This document shows, one piece after another, positions 31,408-46,391 of a stretch of 64,000 nucleotides of DNA. The DNA is taken from NCBI GenBank assembly GCA_036524735.1, contig DATDBS010000075.1, positions 9,884 through 73,883 on the forward strand, in the 5' to 3' direction. A program made the position numbers and the translations under genes. The notes beneath the pieces were generated by a model. That model was not told where the DNA came from. It saw nothing but the letters and a program-made list of their open reading frames with translations, and did no database searches. Every line of letters starts with the position of its first letter. Position 1 is the stretch's first letter. The DNA is from Propionibacteriaceae bacterium (GTDB lineage: Bacteria > Actinomycetota > Actinomycetes > Propionibacteriales > Propionibacteriaceae).

Positions 31408-32193
31408 TCAGCCGAGTTCGTAGCCTCCGTCGAGGCTCTGCAGGTCCATCCTGATCTGAGCCACGAGCCGACCGGGGGCGCTGCGGTAGAAGAAGTGGCC
31501 CCCGGGAACGTCGAAGCGCCGGAAGTCACCGGCCGCGATGTCGCCCCACCCGTCACCCGCACCCGGCGCCAGCACGGTGTCGTCGCGCGCGACCACGGTC
31601 GTGGTCGGTGTCTGGATGACCCGGGGTTCGAAGCCGCCGAAGGAGAGCCCCACGTCCACCCGGGTCAGTTCGGCCGCTCGGGCGCTGAACTCGGGGTGGG
31701 CCAACAGTTCGGCCGGCACCCCACCGTTGGCCAGGATCAAGGCGCTGCGGCGGCGTACGAAGTCCTCGAGGCCGCCGGTGTGCGCGGCCCGGTCGGCCGC
31801 CAGCTCCGCGGTCCACGAGGACGGTGACACGCTGGCTACGGTGATCAACCGGGCCACCGGCGTGCCACGATCCTCCAGCTCCGCGGTCACCCCGTAGGCC
31901 AGCAGTCCACCGAAGCTGTGGCCGACCAGCAGGGCAGGCGGACCATCGAGCGCAGCCACCGCATCCGCCACGTCCACGATCAGCGGCCGGAGGTCCGTCG
32001 GGGCCGGCTCGTCCAACCGCTCGCCCCGTCCGGGCAGCTGGAGGACGCCGAAGCGCAGGCCCGCGCCGTGACCGAGCAGTCCGCGAGCAGCGCTGGGCTC
32101 AGCACCCGAGGGTGGGAAGAACAACACGGGCCGCTGCCCGTACGGGCTGCCCAGGGGCCACCACCACGTCGCCGGCCGGACGAGGGTGACCAT
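31408..32193 (-). CDS. Type II (stand-alone) thioesterase
   Basis: QLPGRGERLDEP, GHSFG nucleophile, PGGHFF catalytic His. Confidence 0.88.
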   Translation of the reverse strand: MVTLVRPATWWWPLGSPYGQRPVLFFPPSGAEPSAARGLLGHGAGLRFGVLQLPGRGERLDEPAPTDLRPLIVDVADAVAALDGPPALLVGHSFGGLLAYGVTAELEDRGTPVARLITVASVSPSSWTAELAADRAAHTGGLEDFVRRRSALILANGGVPAELLAHPEFSARAAELTRVDVGLSFGGFEPRVIQTPTTTVVARDDTVLAPGAGDGWGDIAAGDFRRFDVPGGHFFYRSAPGRLVAQIRMDLQSLDGGYELG

Positions 32194-32376
32194 CTAGACG
32201 ATCACGCTCGGCTGGTCGGACTGCGAGGCTCGAGGGAGCGAACGCACCGCCTGGGTCTCACCGACTGCGGATGAGGCGTCGGCCGTCGAGCGTGTCGAGG
32301 GCAGCCGGGTGGGTCCGGCCGCCGGACTGGTGTGCCTGACCAGCAGGACACCGGCGAGGTCGCGGCTGCCGCCCAT
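32194..32376 (-). other. 60-codon ORF exactly filling the PKS-TE gap, bounded by a 10-bp direct repeat
   Basis: Both junctions read GTC TAG ATG G on the minus strand (ccatctagac at 32190-32199 and 32373-32382); same frame as PKS and TE. Confidence 0.45.
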
Positions 32377-38835
<6,459 letters not shown>

Positions 38836-38979
38836 AATTCCCCCAAGAACTGGATCATGAGAAGTCCGCATCGACTCTTGCGCCCGAATTATCGACAGGG
38901 TTTTCTTAGGCTGTCAATCACACTAATTGGCCCGGCAATACCGTTCGAGAGTCATCAATAAGTTGCCGTGGCGGCCGAG

Positions 38980-39053
38980 ATAAATTCAGCAGAATGCGAT
39001 GAATTTATGCCCGCGGGTCCGGTCACCGGTACGCCGGAAACTACGCCGGAAAC
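38980..39053. promoter_or_regulatory. AT-rich palindrome and 12-bp tandem repeat upstream of the PKS
   Basis: ATAAATTCA-N11-TGAATTTAT at 38980-39008; tacgccggaaac twice at 39030-39053. Confidence 0.45.
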
Positions 39054-39249
39054 AATGCCACTACCGAGTCTCCGACACTGGAATTGAGCCGGGCTGGATG
39101 GGCTTCGGCACGACCAGTCCCGCTCGTACCCACGGTGATGTTGGCCACGTCCTCCTGGTCGTCTCGGGGGGCGTCCAGACAGACTCGAAGCGCTGCGGCC
39201 GGCCGAGCTGGAGAGTCGGAACGGTCAGCGCGGACACGGGTCCAGCGCG

Positions 39250-41871
39250 TCAGCGGACGACGAACGGCAAGCAGGACTGACGCGGCCCCGAAGACCCCGT
39301 GTCGGGGTTGGTGGCGGCCGAGTAGATGACCAGGGAGCGCTCGGCGGAGGTCGGCACGAACGGCACCGTGGCCGAGGCCGAGGCAAAACCTCGGGCGTCA
39401 GGCGTCAGGGCCAACCACACCTCGGTACGCGGGCTCACCTCCGCCGGGAGCTCCCCGTCGAGCACGTCGGTGTTGTAGCGCCCACCGGCGGCCGGTCCGT
39501 TACCGGCGACGCACGGGCCGAAGTTCAGGTGAGCCCCGTACGTCGTGGCGCTGGCGCTGTCCGCGATGCCGTCGACCTGCAGCAGGAACGTGCTCGAATC
39601 GCCCGCCGCTGACATCACTCCGACCCCCGTGGCCGAGTCGAAGGGTCCCGCGGTGGCCGGCAGCAGATCCAGGATGGGTCCCGACCCGTAGCCCCCCAAC
39701 TCCGTCTCTGAGGAGGTGGAGCACACGATGCCGGCGTCGACCTCGGGGTTGATCTGACCCGCCGCAAGGGTCCCGTCCGCTGGGGTGACCGCACGTTGGT
39801 CCGGCTGGTCCGGCCCGACGGGGATCGCCGCCGTCAGCCCGGTCGTCGGACGTGGGTCCGAGTCCGAGGCCGGCGTCGATCCCGCCGCCTGGGCCGGGCT
39901 GAACGCGCACTCACCGGGCAGCGTGAACCGTACGCGGTAGGTTCCGGGCAGCAGCCCGTCGAAGACGTAGCGGCCGGAGGTACCGGTCGTCGTGGTCGCG
40001 ACCGTCGCGTCGCTGCTGTCCAGCAGCGCCACCGAGACGGAGGGGAGGCCGGGCTCGCCCGGCGCGAGGACGCCGTTGGCGTCGAGGTCGCGCCAGACCC
40101 GGTCGCCGATCGCAAAGGTGGGTGGGGAGCTGCTGCAGACCAGCCCGAGACCACCGGTGCCACCCTCCACGGTCGGGGCGCCACCGCGAGGGTTGGCGAC
40201 CCGGGGTGATCCACCTCCACGCACGCTCGCCTGGACACCGGACACCGCCGCGCTCGTGCCGCAGGTGCGTGGCGCGCCGAGCCGCTCGAGCCAGACACCG
40301 CCCGCACCACCACCGCCGCCGCCGGCCCCGGCTCCGAGCCAGGTCGTTGACGGCCGACCCCCGTCGGCGCCGTTCGCCGTGACGTCGAGTCCCCGGCCGG
40401 AGCCGATGACCCGCACCTGTCCCCCAGCGCCACCCCCGGATCCCGAGTGGATACCACCGCCGGGAGTCAGACCCGGGCCGCCGTCGGCCCGGACCGATCC
40501 ACCACCGGTGATGCTCGTGTAGTCCAGGTAGACGACGCCGCCGCCGGCGCCACCCGCGACCGCTCCGAAGTCGGCGCTGCCTCGCCCGCCGGACCCGCCC
40601 ATCATCAGGCGTGGGTTGTCCTCGTTCAGGTAGTGGTCCGCGTCGGGAATGGTCGTGTCGACCGGGGTGTTGCCGGCGCCGCCCAGGCTGTTGCGGTCGA
40701 GGTGCTTGCCGTAGCCACCAGGACCACCGCCGAACCAGCCACCGCCACCGCCGCCACCGCTGCCTTCGCTCTCGGAGCCCCGGATGCCCCCGCTGGCGCC
40801 GCCACCGCCGTACGATCCGCCTCCGCCCCCCGCGGAGCCGTAACCGCTCAGGATGGAGCCCGACAGACCATCGCCCCCGTTGCCCACGCCGCCCACGCCA
40901 CCGCCGCCGGCACCGCTCAGGCTGGAACCGAGAAGTCCCCCACGTCCGCCGCCGCCCCCACCGGCGACCCCGCCGCCGCCGCCCGGGGAGGTGATCGAGC
41001 CGTCGCCGCCGCCGCCCCCACCACCGCCACCGATCACGCCGCCGCCGCCGCCACTGCCGCCGACCTTGGAACGCAACACGGGCAGCGGAGCACCCCGGCC
41101 GCCATCGGTCCCGGCCGCGCTGGCGCCCTGACCTGGATCCCCGCCGCCACCGGTGCTGCCACCGGAGTTCGACCAGCCGCTGCCCGCACCGCCGGCGCCA
41201 CCGCGGCCGCCACCACCCCCGCCCCCGTTGACCGCCCCCAGACCGCGGCCGACGGTCGAGCCGATCGAGACCAGGTTCCCCGAGATCGACGAGGTGAAGG
41301 GCGCGTTCGTGTTGGTGAACCCGTCGCCACTCACGTCGATGGCTCGGCCCCCCAGGTTCAGGTTGCCGCCCGTCATGGCGACGACGCCGCCGGTCCGCCC
41401 GTCCCAGGGCCGGGCCGTGACCGTCCCGGACACCGTCGTGGTGCCGGCGTCGGAGACCATTCGGACGAGCTGCACCCGCTCGCTGCCGGGTGAGTAGGTC
41501 CGTACCGGCGCACGGGTCAAGCTGACGGTCTTCTCGCTCACCGAGGCGATCACCGCCCGTTCGTAGCTACCGAGGCCGCTGGCCCGAGCCGCCGGGTTGA
41601 CCCCGGTCATCTGCATGAGCAGCACCTGGTCACCGGTCCGCCACGACTCGGACGCGCCCGTCGTCGAGCCGGTCAGGCTGATGACGGAGCCGGCGATGGA
41701 GCCGACGGCCTGGTAGGTGTTCACGACCCCGGAGACGCTGGTGGCTGCGGCTGCTGGTTGCGGAGTCGCCGACCAGGATGCGGCCAGCACCGTGAGCAGT
41801 GAAGCGACGACCACCCGCCGTGGGGCGATCAGTCGCGACCAGCCCAGTGCATCCTTCGAGGTCCCGTGCAT
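39250..41871 (-). CDS. Large secreted Gly-rich surface protein with an SdrD B-like domain and a C-terminal degenerate SodC-like domain
   Basis: Signal RRVVVASLLTVLAASWSATPQPAAA; VSGVVNTY...GDQVLLMQM...WDGRTGGVVA; poly-Gly blocks; IGDRVWRDLDANG...GRYVFDGLLPGTYRVRF; YGAHLNFGPC...EVWL...RSLVIY...C. Confidence 0.8.
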   Translation of the reverse strand: MHGTSKDALGWSRLIAPRRVVVASLLTVLAASWSATPQPAAAATSVSGVVNTYQAVGSIAGSVISLTGSTTGASESWRTGDQVLLMQMTGVNPAARASGLGSYERAVIASVSEKTVSLTRAPVRTYSPGSERVQLVRMVSDAGTTTVSGTVTARPWDGRTGGVVAMTGGNLNLGGRAIDVSGDGFTNTNAPFTSSISGNLVSIGSTVGRGLGAVNGGGGGGGRGGAGGAGSGWSNSGGSTGGGGDPGQGASAAGTDGGRGAPLPVLRSKVGGSGGGGGVIGGGGGGGGGDGSITSPGGGGGVAGGGGGGRGGLLGSSLSGAGGGGVGGVGNGGDGLSGSILSGYGSAGGGGGSYGGGGASGGIRGSESEGSGGGGGGGWFGGGPGGYGKHLDRNSLGGAGNTPVDTTIPDADHYLNEDNPRLMMGGSGGRGSADFGAVAGGAGGGVVYLDYTSITGGGSVRADGGPGLTPGGGIHSGSGGGAGGQVRVIGSGRGLDVTANGADGGRPSTTWLGAGAGGGGGGAGGVWLERLGAPRTCGTSAAVSGVQASVRGGGSPRVANPRGGAPTVEGGTGGLGLVCSSSPPTFAIGDRVWRDLDANGVLAPGEPGLPSVSVALLDSSDATVATTTTGTSGRYVFDGLLPGTYRVRFTLPGECAFSPAQAAGSTPASDSDPRPTTGLTAAIPVGPDQPDQRAVTPADGTLAAGQINPEVDAGIVCSTSSETELGGYGSGPILDLLPATAGPFDSATGVGVMSAAGDSSTFLLQVDGIADSASATTYGAHLNFGPCVAGNGPAAGGRYNTDVLDGELPAEVSPRTEVWLALTPDARGFASASATVPFVPTSAERSLVIYSAATNPDTGSSGPRQSCLPFVVR

Positions 41872-42278
41872 GTCCCTGGCCTCCGACCGATCCCCCGACG
41901 TGTTCCGGGGGCCCGGGAGCCGGTCGAGCAGGCCTCCGCGGGTTCACGGAAGCGCGAGCGTAGCATCCATCTGCCGACCGTTCCGGGCGTTCGGCGAAGT
42001 CACCGCCTGACCAGGATTTGTGCGGCACACAACGGTTTCGGGGAGCACCCGCGCTGAGCTTCGGTGTCGACGTACGGCGGCCGAAATTCGTGATCTCACC
42101 CCAAATCTCCACGGTGTCCTCGGAGCCGCGTCTGATGCATTTTCGTGATCCAATAGTGCTTGTTCTCGGGCCACTCACCTCCTGCGGGAGGGTGTCCGGT
42201 GAGCACGAAAGGGCGAGGCCGCGGACGTCCGCGATGGGCAGGGAACGACAACGGCAGTGACGGGGGGCTGGTGCAAAG

Positions 42279-42914
42279 ATGTCTGACGACCAGAGGTCGG
42301 CCGACGGGGGATCGCCCCTGGAGGTCCGGGTGCCACGCCCACCGGTCTCGGAGGCCGGATTCCCGGATGTCGACGACCGGGGTGCGACCGACCTGACCGA
42401 CAGCGAGCTGCTGGACATGTGCCGGGCGGGCGACGGAGCCAGCTGGACCGCCCTGATCCGGCGCTACTCGAGGGTCGTGACCACCATCGCGATGCGAGCC
42501 GGGTTGTCGGCCGAGGACGCCAAGGACATCACCCAGGCGACCTTCATCGCGCTGCTCGAGTCGAGCACTCGGATCCGGCAGGACGAGCGCATCGCCTCCT
42601 GGCTGATCACGGTGGCCCAGCGCAAGGCGTGGCGGGCTCGGCGTCGGCTCGAGCGGGAGTACGTGACCGCGGTGCTGCCCGAGCGTTCGGACGAACCGTT
42701 CGAGGCGTGGGAGCGGCTGGCCGTCCTGCACGCCGCGCTGGCTCAGCTCGACGGCCCGTGCCGGAACCTGCTGACTGCGCTCTATCTCGACCCGACGAGC
42801 CCGTCGTACGCGGAGGTCGCCGCGCGACTCGGCCGAGCCGTCGGAACGATCGGTCCCACCCGGGGCCGGTGCCTACAGAAGCTGCGCCCACTCGTCGGAG
42901 AGGGCATCTGGTGA
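42279..42914 (+). CDS. ECF RNA polymerase sigma-70 factor
   Basis: Sigma2: W..LIRRYSRVV...DAKDITQATF...WLITVAQR. Sigma4: LDGPCRNLL...SYAEVAARLGRAVGTIGPTRGRCLQKLR. Confidence 0.92.
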   Translation: MSDDQRSADGGSPLEVRVPRPPVSEAGFPDVDDRGATDLTDSELLDMCRAGDGASWTALIRRYSRVVTTIAMRAGLSAEDAKDITQATFIALLESSTRIRQDERIASWLITVAQRKAWRARRRLEREYVTAVLPERSDEPFEAWERLAVLHAALAQLDGPCRNLLTALYLDPTSPSYAEVAARLGRAVGTIGPTRGRCLQKLRPLVGEGIW

Positions 42915-43555
42915 GCAACAAGGAGACCGAGATGAATTCTGCGGCAGGTTTTGCCTGGGTGGCCGACCTCGTCGACAGTCGTTTGGATGCCGGTCAACGG
43001 GCTCGGGTCGAACGTGCCATCGAGCGGGACCCGGTGTTGCAGGCCGATGAGGCCTGGCTACGGGGGTTCGTGACGACGGCGCGCTCGGCCGAGCTGGTCG
43101 ACGCCTCGGCCCTGGTGGAGCAGAGCCTGCTGCAGTACTTCGACCGCTGGGTCCAGGCCCAGGCCGTGCTGGGGGCCATCATCCTGCGCTACCGGGCCGC
43201 GCTCACCTTCGACTCGAGCCAGGAGAGGGTGCTCGCCGGTGTGCGTGGTGACTCCACCACGGCGACGACCATGGTCTTCACCTCCGAGGTCGGTGACCTC
43301 GTGCTGGACCTGCACCCGACTGCGACCGGCCGGGTTCGGATGCTGGGTCAGGTCCTGCTGGCCGACGAGACCAACGCTCCCGTCTTCCATGCCTCCGTGC
43401 TGCCGACCGGCGAGCCCGTTCAGACCACGGAGTCCGACGCGTTCGGTCGCTTCCGGCTCAACGATCTCGCCACCGAAACTGTCGAGCTCACGGTGAACAA
43501 CGGCGAGGTCGAGGTTCGTGCTCGGGTGCCGCTGGAGCACATCGGTCGGAGTTGA
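42911..43555 (+). CDS. Putative soluble anti-sigma/partner protein with a C-terminal beta-sandwich domain
   Basis: GTGA overlap with the sigma stop (alternative ATG 42932 after AAGGAG). N-terminal ADLVDSRLD..QR..VE..I is anti-sigma-like; then LTFDSS...AGVRG and ESDAFGRFRL; no TM helix. Confidence 0.65.
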   Translation: MSNKETEMNSAAGFAWVADLVDSRLDAGQRARVERAIERDPVLQADEAWLRGFVTTARSAELVDASALVEQSLLQYFDRWVQAQAVLGAIILRYRAALTFDSSQERVLAGVRGDSTTATTMVFTSEVGDLVLDLHPTATGRVRMLGQVLLADETNAPVFHASVLPTGEPVQTTESDAFGRFRLNDLATETVELTVNNGEVEVRARVPLEHIGRS

Positions 43556-43556
43556 C

Positions 43557-46391
43557 GTGTTGGCGCAGCTGGATGTCCTCGACCTGCTGACCCCGCCCAC
43601 GATGGCTGGTCGGCTCACCCATCTGCGTGCCGAGGGACTGGACGACGAGACCGGTCTCACCTGGCTGCTCGACCGGACCGAGGAGCTGGTGCACGAGGCG
43701 CCCAGCCTGGCCGTCGAGCTCTCGACCCTGGCTGACGAGGCGGCGGGCGTCGATCTACCCGTGCTCCGCGCCCGGGCTCGCTACCAACGGGCGCGCATCG
43801 CCGCCGAGCGAGGTGAGCTCACCCCCGCATTGCAGCTCATCGCCGAGGCCCGTTCCTTGTGGCACGGGGCCGGTGACGCCGTGTCGGCCCTGCGCACGGA
43901 CCTCGGTCGCATGCAGGTGCTCGACGACCTCGGTCGACACATCGACGCCCTCGAAGTGGGTGAGGCTCTCCTGGTCGAGGTCAGCACCGCTGCGTACGCG
44001 GACGATCCGCACGCCCAGCGCATCCGCGCACACGCCACCGACAACGTCGGGGCTGCGTACGGCTTTCTGGGTCAGCACGCCAGAGCCCTGGAGGCGTACG
44101 CCGAAGCCGAACAGCTCTACCGGGCCCAGGGGATGGACGATGTGGCGGCCCGCCCGCTCGCCAACCGGGCCGTCGAGCTGTTGGCCCTGGGGCGGCCCCG
44201 CGAAGCCCTGGTCGACCTGCAGGCGGCCGTCGTCGGGTTCTCCGCAGCCGGTGACCGCCTGTTCGCCGCCAAGTGCCAGGGCGACACCGCCATGGCCCAC
44301 CAACAGCTCGGCGAGCTGATGGAGTCGCTGACCCTGCTGGAGCCGGCTCGCCGCACGCTGGACGAACTCGGGGCTCACGCTGAGGCCGACCGGTTGCAGC
44401 TGGCGCTCGCCGAGACCTACCTGGCCGTCGGCATGCTGCCCGAAGCGCGGGCGGCGGCGCAGGCCTCCGCGGAGCGCACCGGGCGGGCCGGGATGACGCA
44501 CGACCAGGCCCGGGCCCGATTCATCGTGGCGTTGACGCATCTGTCGGCCGGGGACGGCCGACGCGCCGAGGACGAGCTGCGACTGGCGGCTGAAGCCTTT
44601 CGCCGGGTTGCGGACCCGCAGTACCTCGCCCGCACCCGGCTCGCCCAGGCCGAGGCGGCTGCGCTGGGCGGCCGTCGCGACGACGCCGCCATGCTCGCGG
44701 CTCAGGCGGCCACCGCCCTCGAAGCCGGCGGTTGGCTGATGCCGTTGACCTGGGCCTACCTGCAGCTGGCGGCCTGGGCGAGCGACCCCGACCAGGCGCA
44801 GGGCTACTGCGACCGGGCCGAGGCTCTGGTCTCCGATCTACGACTGCCCGCACTCACCTACGCCTGGGCGCTAAGGGCGGCCCGGCTGCACCGGGCGCAG
44901 GGCCGGGTCGCTCAGGCCGAGACCCTGCTCCGTCGTGCCGTGGCCGACTCCGACCAGGCCAGCGCTGCGTTGCCGGACTACGCGTTGCGGGCTGCCTTCC
45001 GGTCCGATCGGTTCGCGGCCCACGACGACCTCGTCGACCTGCTGCTCGAGGCGGGCGAGGTCACGCAGGCGTGCGCAGTGGCCGACGACGAGAAGGCGCG
45101 AACCCTGCGGGATCTGATGAGTGACACCGTCGGCCCCGGCCCGCAGCTCAGCGGCCGGGACGCAGAGACCTCCACCGCGTACGCCGACCTGAACGCGACG
45201 TACCTCGCGATCCACCAGACCCAGGACGGACCGACCCTGGCCCTGCTCCGGGCGCAGGCTGACCAGCTCGAGCAGCGCGTCAGCAGCCTGAGACTCCGTG
45301 CGGCGGCCGCACCGGAGGCAGCCGAGTCCCTGACCGGTCAGGTCCAGTCGCCGTCCCCGGACGCGGCGGACGCGCTGGCGTACCACGTGCTCGGGAACGA
45401 CGTGGTGGTCTTCATGCGCAGCCAGGGCCAGGTCACCTCGCGCCGGCTGCTCGGCGTCGTACCGGCCCTGACCGAGCTCCTCGAGGAGCTCGCGGCGCAG
45501 TGGTCACGTTTCGCCGTCGGACGTGTCTTCGCGGCGCGGCAGCAGGCCATGATGCTGGCGGCGACCCGGCACACGCTGACCCAGATCTACGACGTGCTGA
45601 TCCGGCCGGTCGGTGACTTCGTGGATCAGCGCGCCGGGGAGACGCTGGTCATCGTGCCCCACCGGGTGATCGGTTCGGTGCCCTTCCAAGCCCTGTACGA
45701 CGGAAGCCGGTACCTGCTCGAGCGTTCTCCTGTGGTCATCGTCTCGACCCTCTCCTACGCCGAACCCGGCCCAGCCGCGATCGGCGACCGGTCAGCGCTC
45801 GTCGTGGCCGCACCAGACGCCGCGGCGCCGGCGGTGGCTGCCGAAGGTGAGCAGGTGGCGGCGCTGCTGGCCCGGCGGGTCGGTCGCGCGCCAGTCCGAC
45901 TCCTGTCCGGCGAACGTGCGAGCGTGGCCGCGGTCACCGCAGCCCTGCCGGGAACGGGTCTGATCCACCTCGCCTGCCACGCGGTCTACCGACCCGGGAA
46001 CCCCTTGTTCTCCCGGCTGCGACTGGACGACGGATGGCTGACCTCGGCCGAGATCCTCCAGCTCGACCTGGACGGGGCCCTGGTCACCCTGAGCGCGTGC
46101 GAGTCCGGTCGTCACGGCCAGGCCGTCGAGGCGGTCGGGCTCAGCTGGGCGTTCCTGGCTGCTGGGGCGATGGGTGTCGTGGTCAGCCAGTGGACGGTGC
46201 ACGACGCCACCACCTGCGACCTGATGGTCTTGTTCTACCGACACCTCCTCAGTGGCCAGGGCCCCGCCGAAGCGTTGCGGCAGGCCCAGCTCACCGTGGC
46301 CGAAGAACAGCCGCACCCCTACTTCTGGGCCCCGTTCACCTACCTGGCCTCTCCGTCCCCTGTCCGCACCGTTCCCGGGAGTTCTCCGTGA
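43557..46391 (+). CDS. TPR-CHAT (caspase HetF-associated) protease
   Basis: Long helical TPR region; C-terminal VIVPH..IGSVPFQAL, IHLACHA (His), LVTLSACESG (Cys), SQWTVHD, ALRQAQL, HPYFWAPF. Confidence 0.92.
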   Translation: MLAQLDVLDLLTPPTMAGRLTHLRAEGLDDETGLTWLLDRTEELVHEAPSLAVELSTLADEAAGVDLPVLRARARYQRARIAAERGELTPALQLIAEARSLWHGAGDAVSALRTDLGRMQVLDDLGRHIDALEVGEALLVEVSTAAYADDPHAQRIRAHATDNVGAAYGFLGQHARALEAYAEAEQLYRAQGMDDVAARPLANRAVELLALGRPREALVDLQAAVVGFSAAGDRLFAAKCQGDTAMAHQQLGELMESLTLLEPARRTLDELGAHAEADRLQLALAETYLAVGMLPEARAAAQASAERTGRAGMTHDQARARFIVALTHLSAGDGRRAEDELRLAAEAFRRVADPQYLARTRLAQAEAAALGGRRDDAAMLAAQAATALEAGGWLMPLTWAYLQLAAWASDPDQAQGYCDRAEALVSDLRLPALTYAWALRAARLHRAQGRVAQAETLLRRAVADSDQASAALPDYALRAAFRSDRFAAHDDLVDLLLEAGEVTQACAVADDEKARTLRDLMSDTVGPGPQLSGRDAETSTAYADLNATYLAIHQTQDGPTLALLRAQADQLEQRVSSLRLRAAAAPEAAESLTGQVQSPSPDAADALAYHVLGNDVVVFMRSQGQVTSRRLLGVVPALTELLEELAAQWSRFAVGRVFAARQQAMMLAATRHTLTQIYDVLIRPVGDFVDQRAGETLVIVPHRVIGSVPFQALYDGSRYLLERSPVVIVSTLSYAEPGPAAIGDRSALVVAAPDAAAPAVAAEGEQVAALLARRVGRAPVRLLSGERASVAAVTAALPGTGLIHLACHAVYRPGNPLFSRLRLDDGWLTSAEILQLDLDGALVTLSACESGRHGQAVEAVGLSWAFLAAGAMGVVVSQWTVHDATTCDLMVLFYRHLLSGQGPAEALRQAQLTVAEEQPHPYFWAPFTYLASPSPVRTVPGSSP

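Noticed and set aside
39041-39148. 35-aa minus-strand ORF MANITVGTSG... after AGGAGG
   Set aside because: The SD is only 2 nt from the GTG, and the resemblance to a non-haem haloperoxidase N-terminus lasts only about 7 residues; at most a remnant.
40140-41240. Pro-rich plus-strand ORFs (40853..41131 and neighbours)
   Set aside because: Reverse-complement readout of the poly-Gly codons of the surface protein.
41880-42140. c-di-AMP or c-di-GMP riboswitch upstream of the surface protein
   Set aside because: The conserved cores (e.g. GCTGAATCC...CCCGTCAGCTAAC or GGCAAA...GACGCAAAG) were not found by eye.
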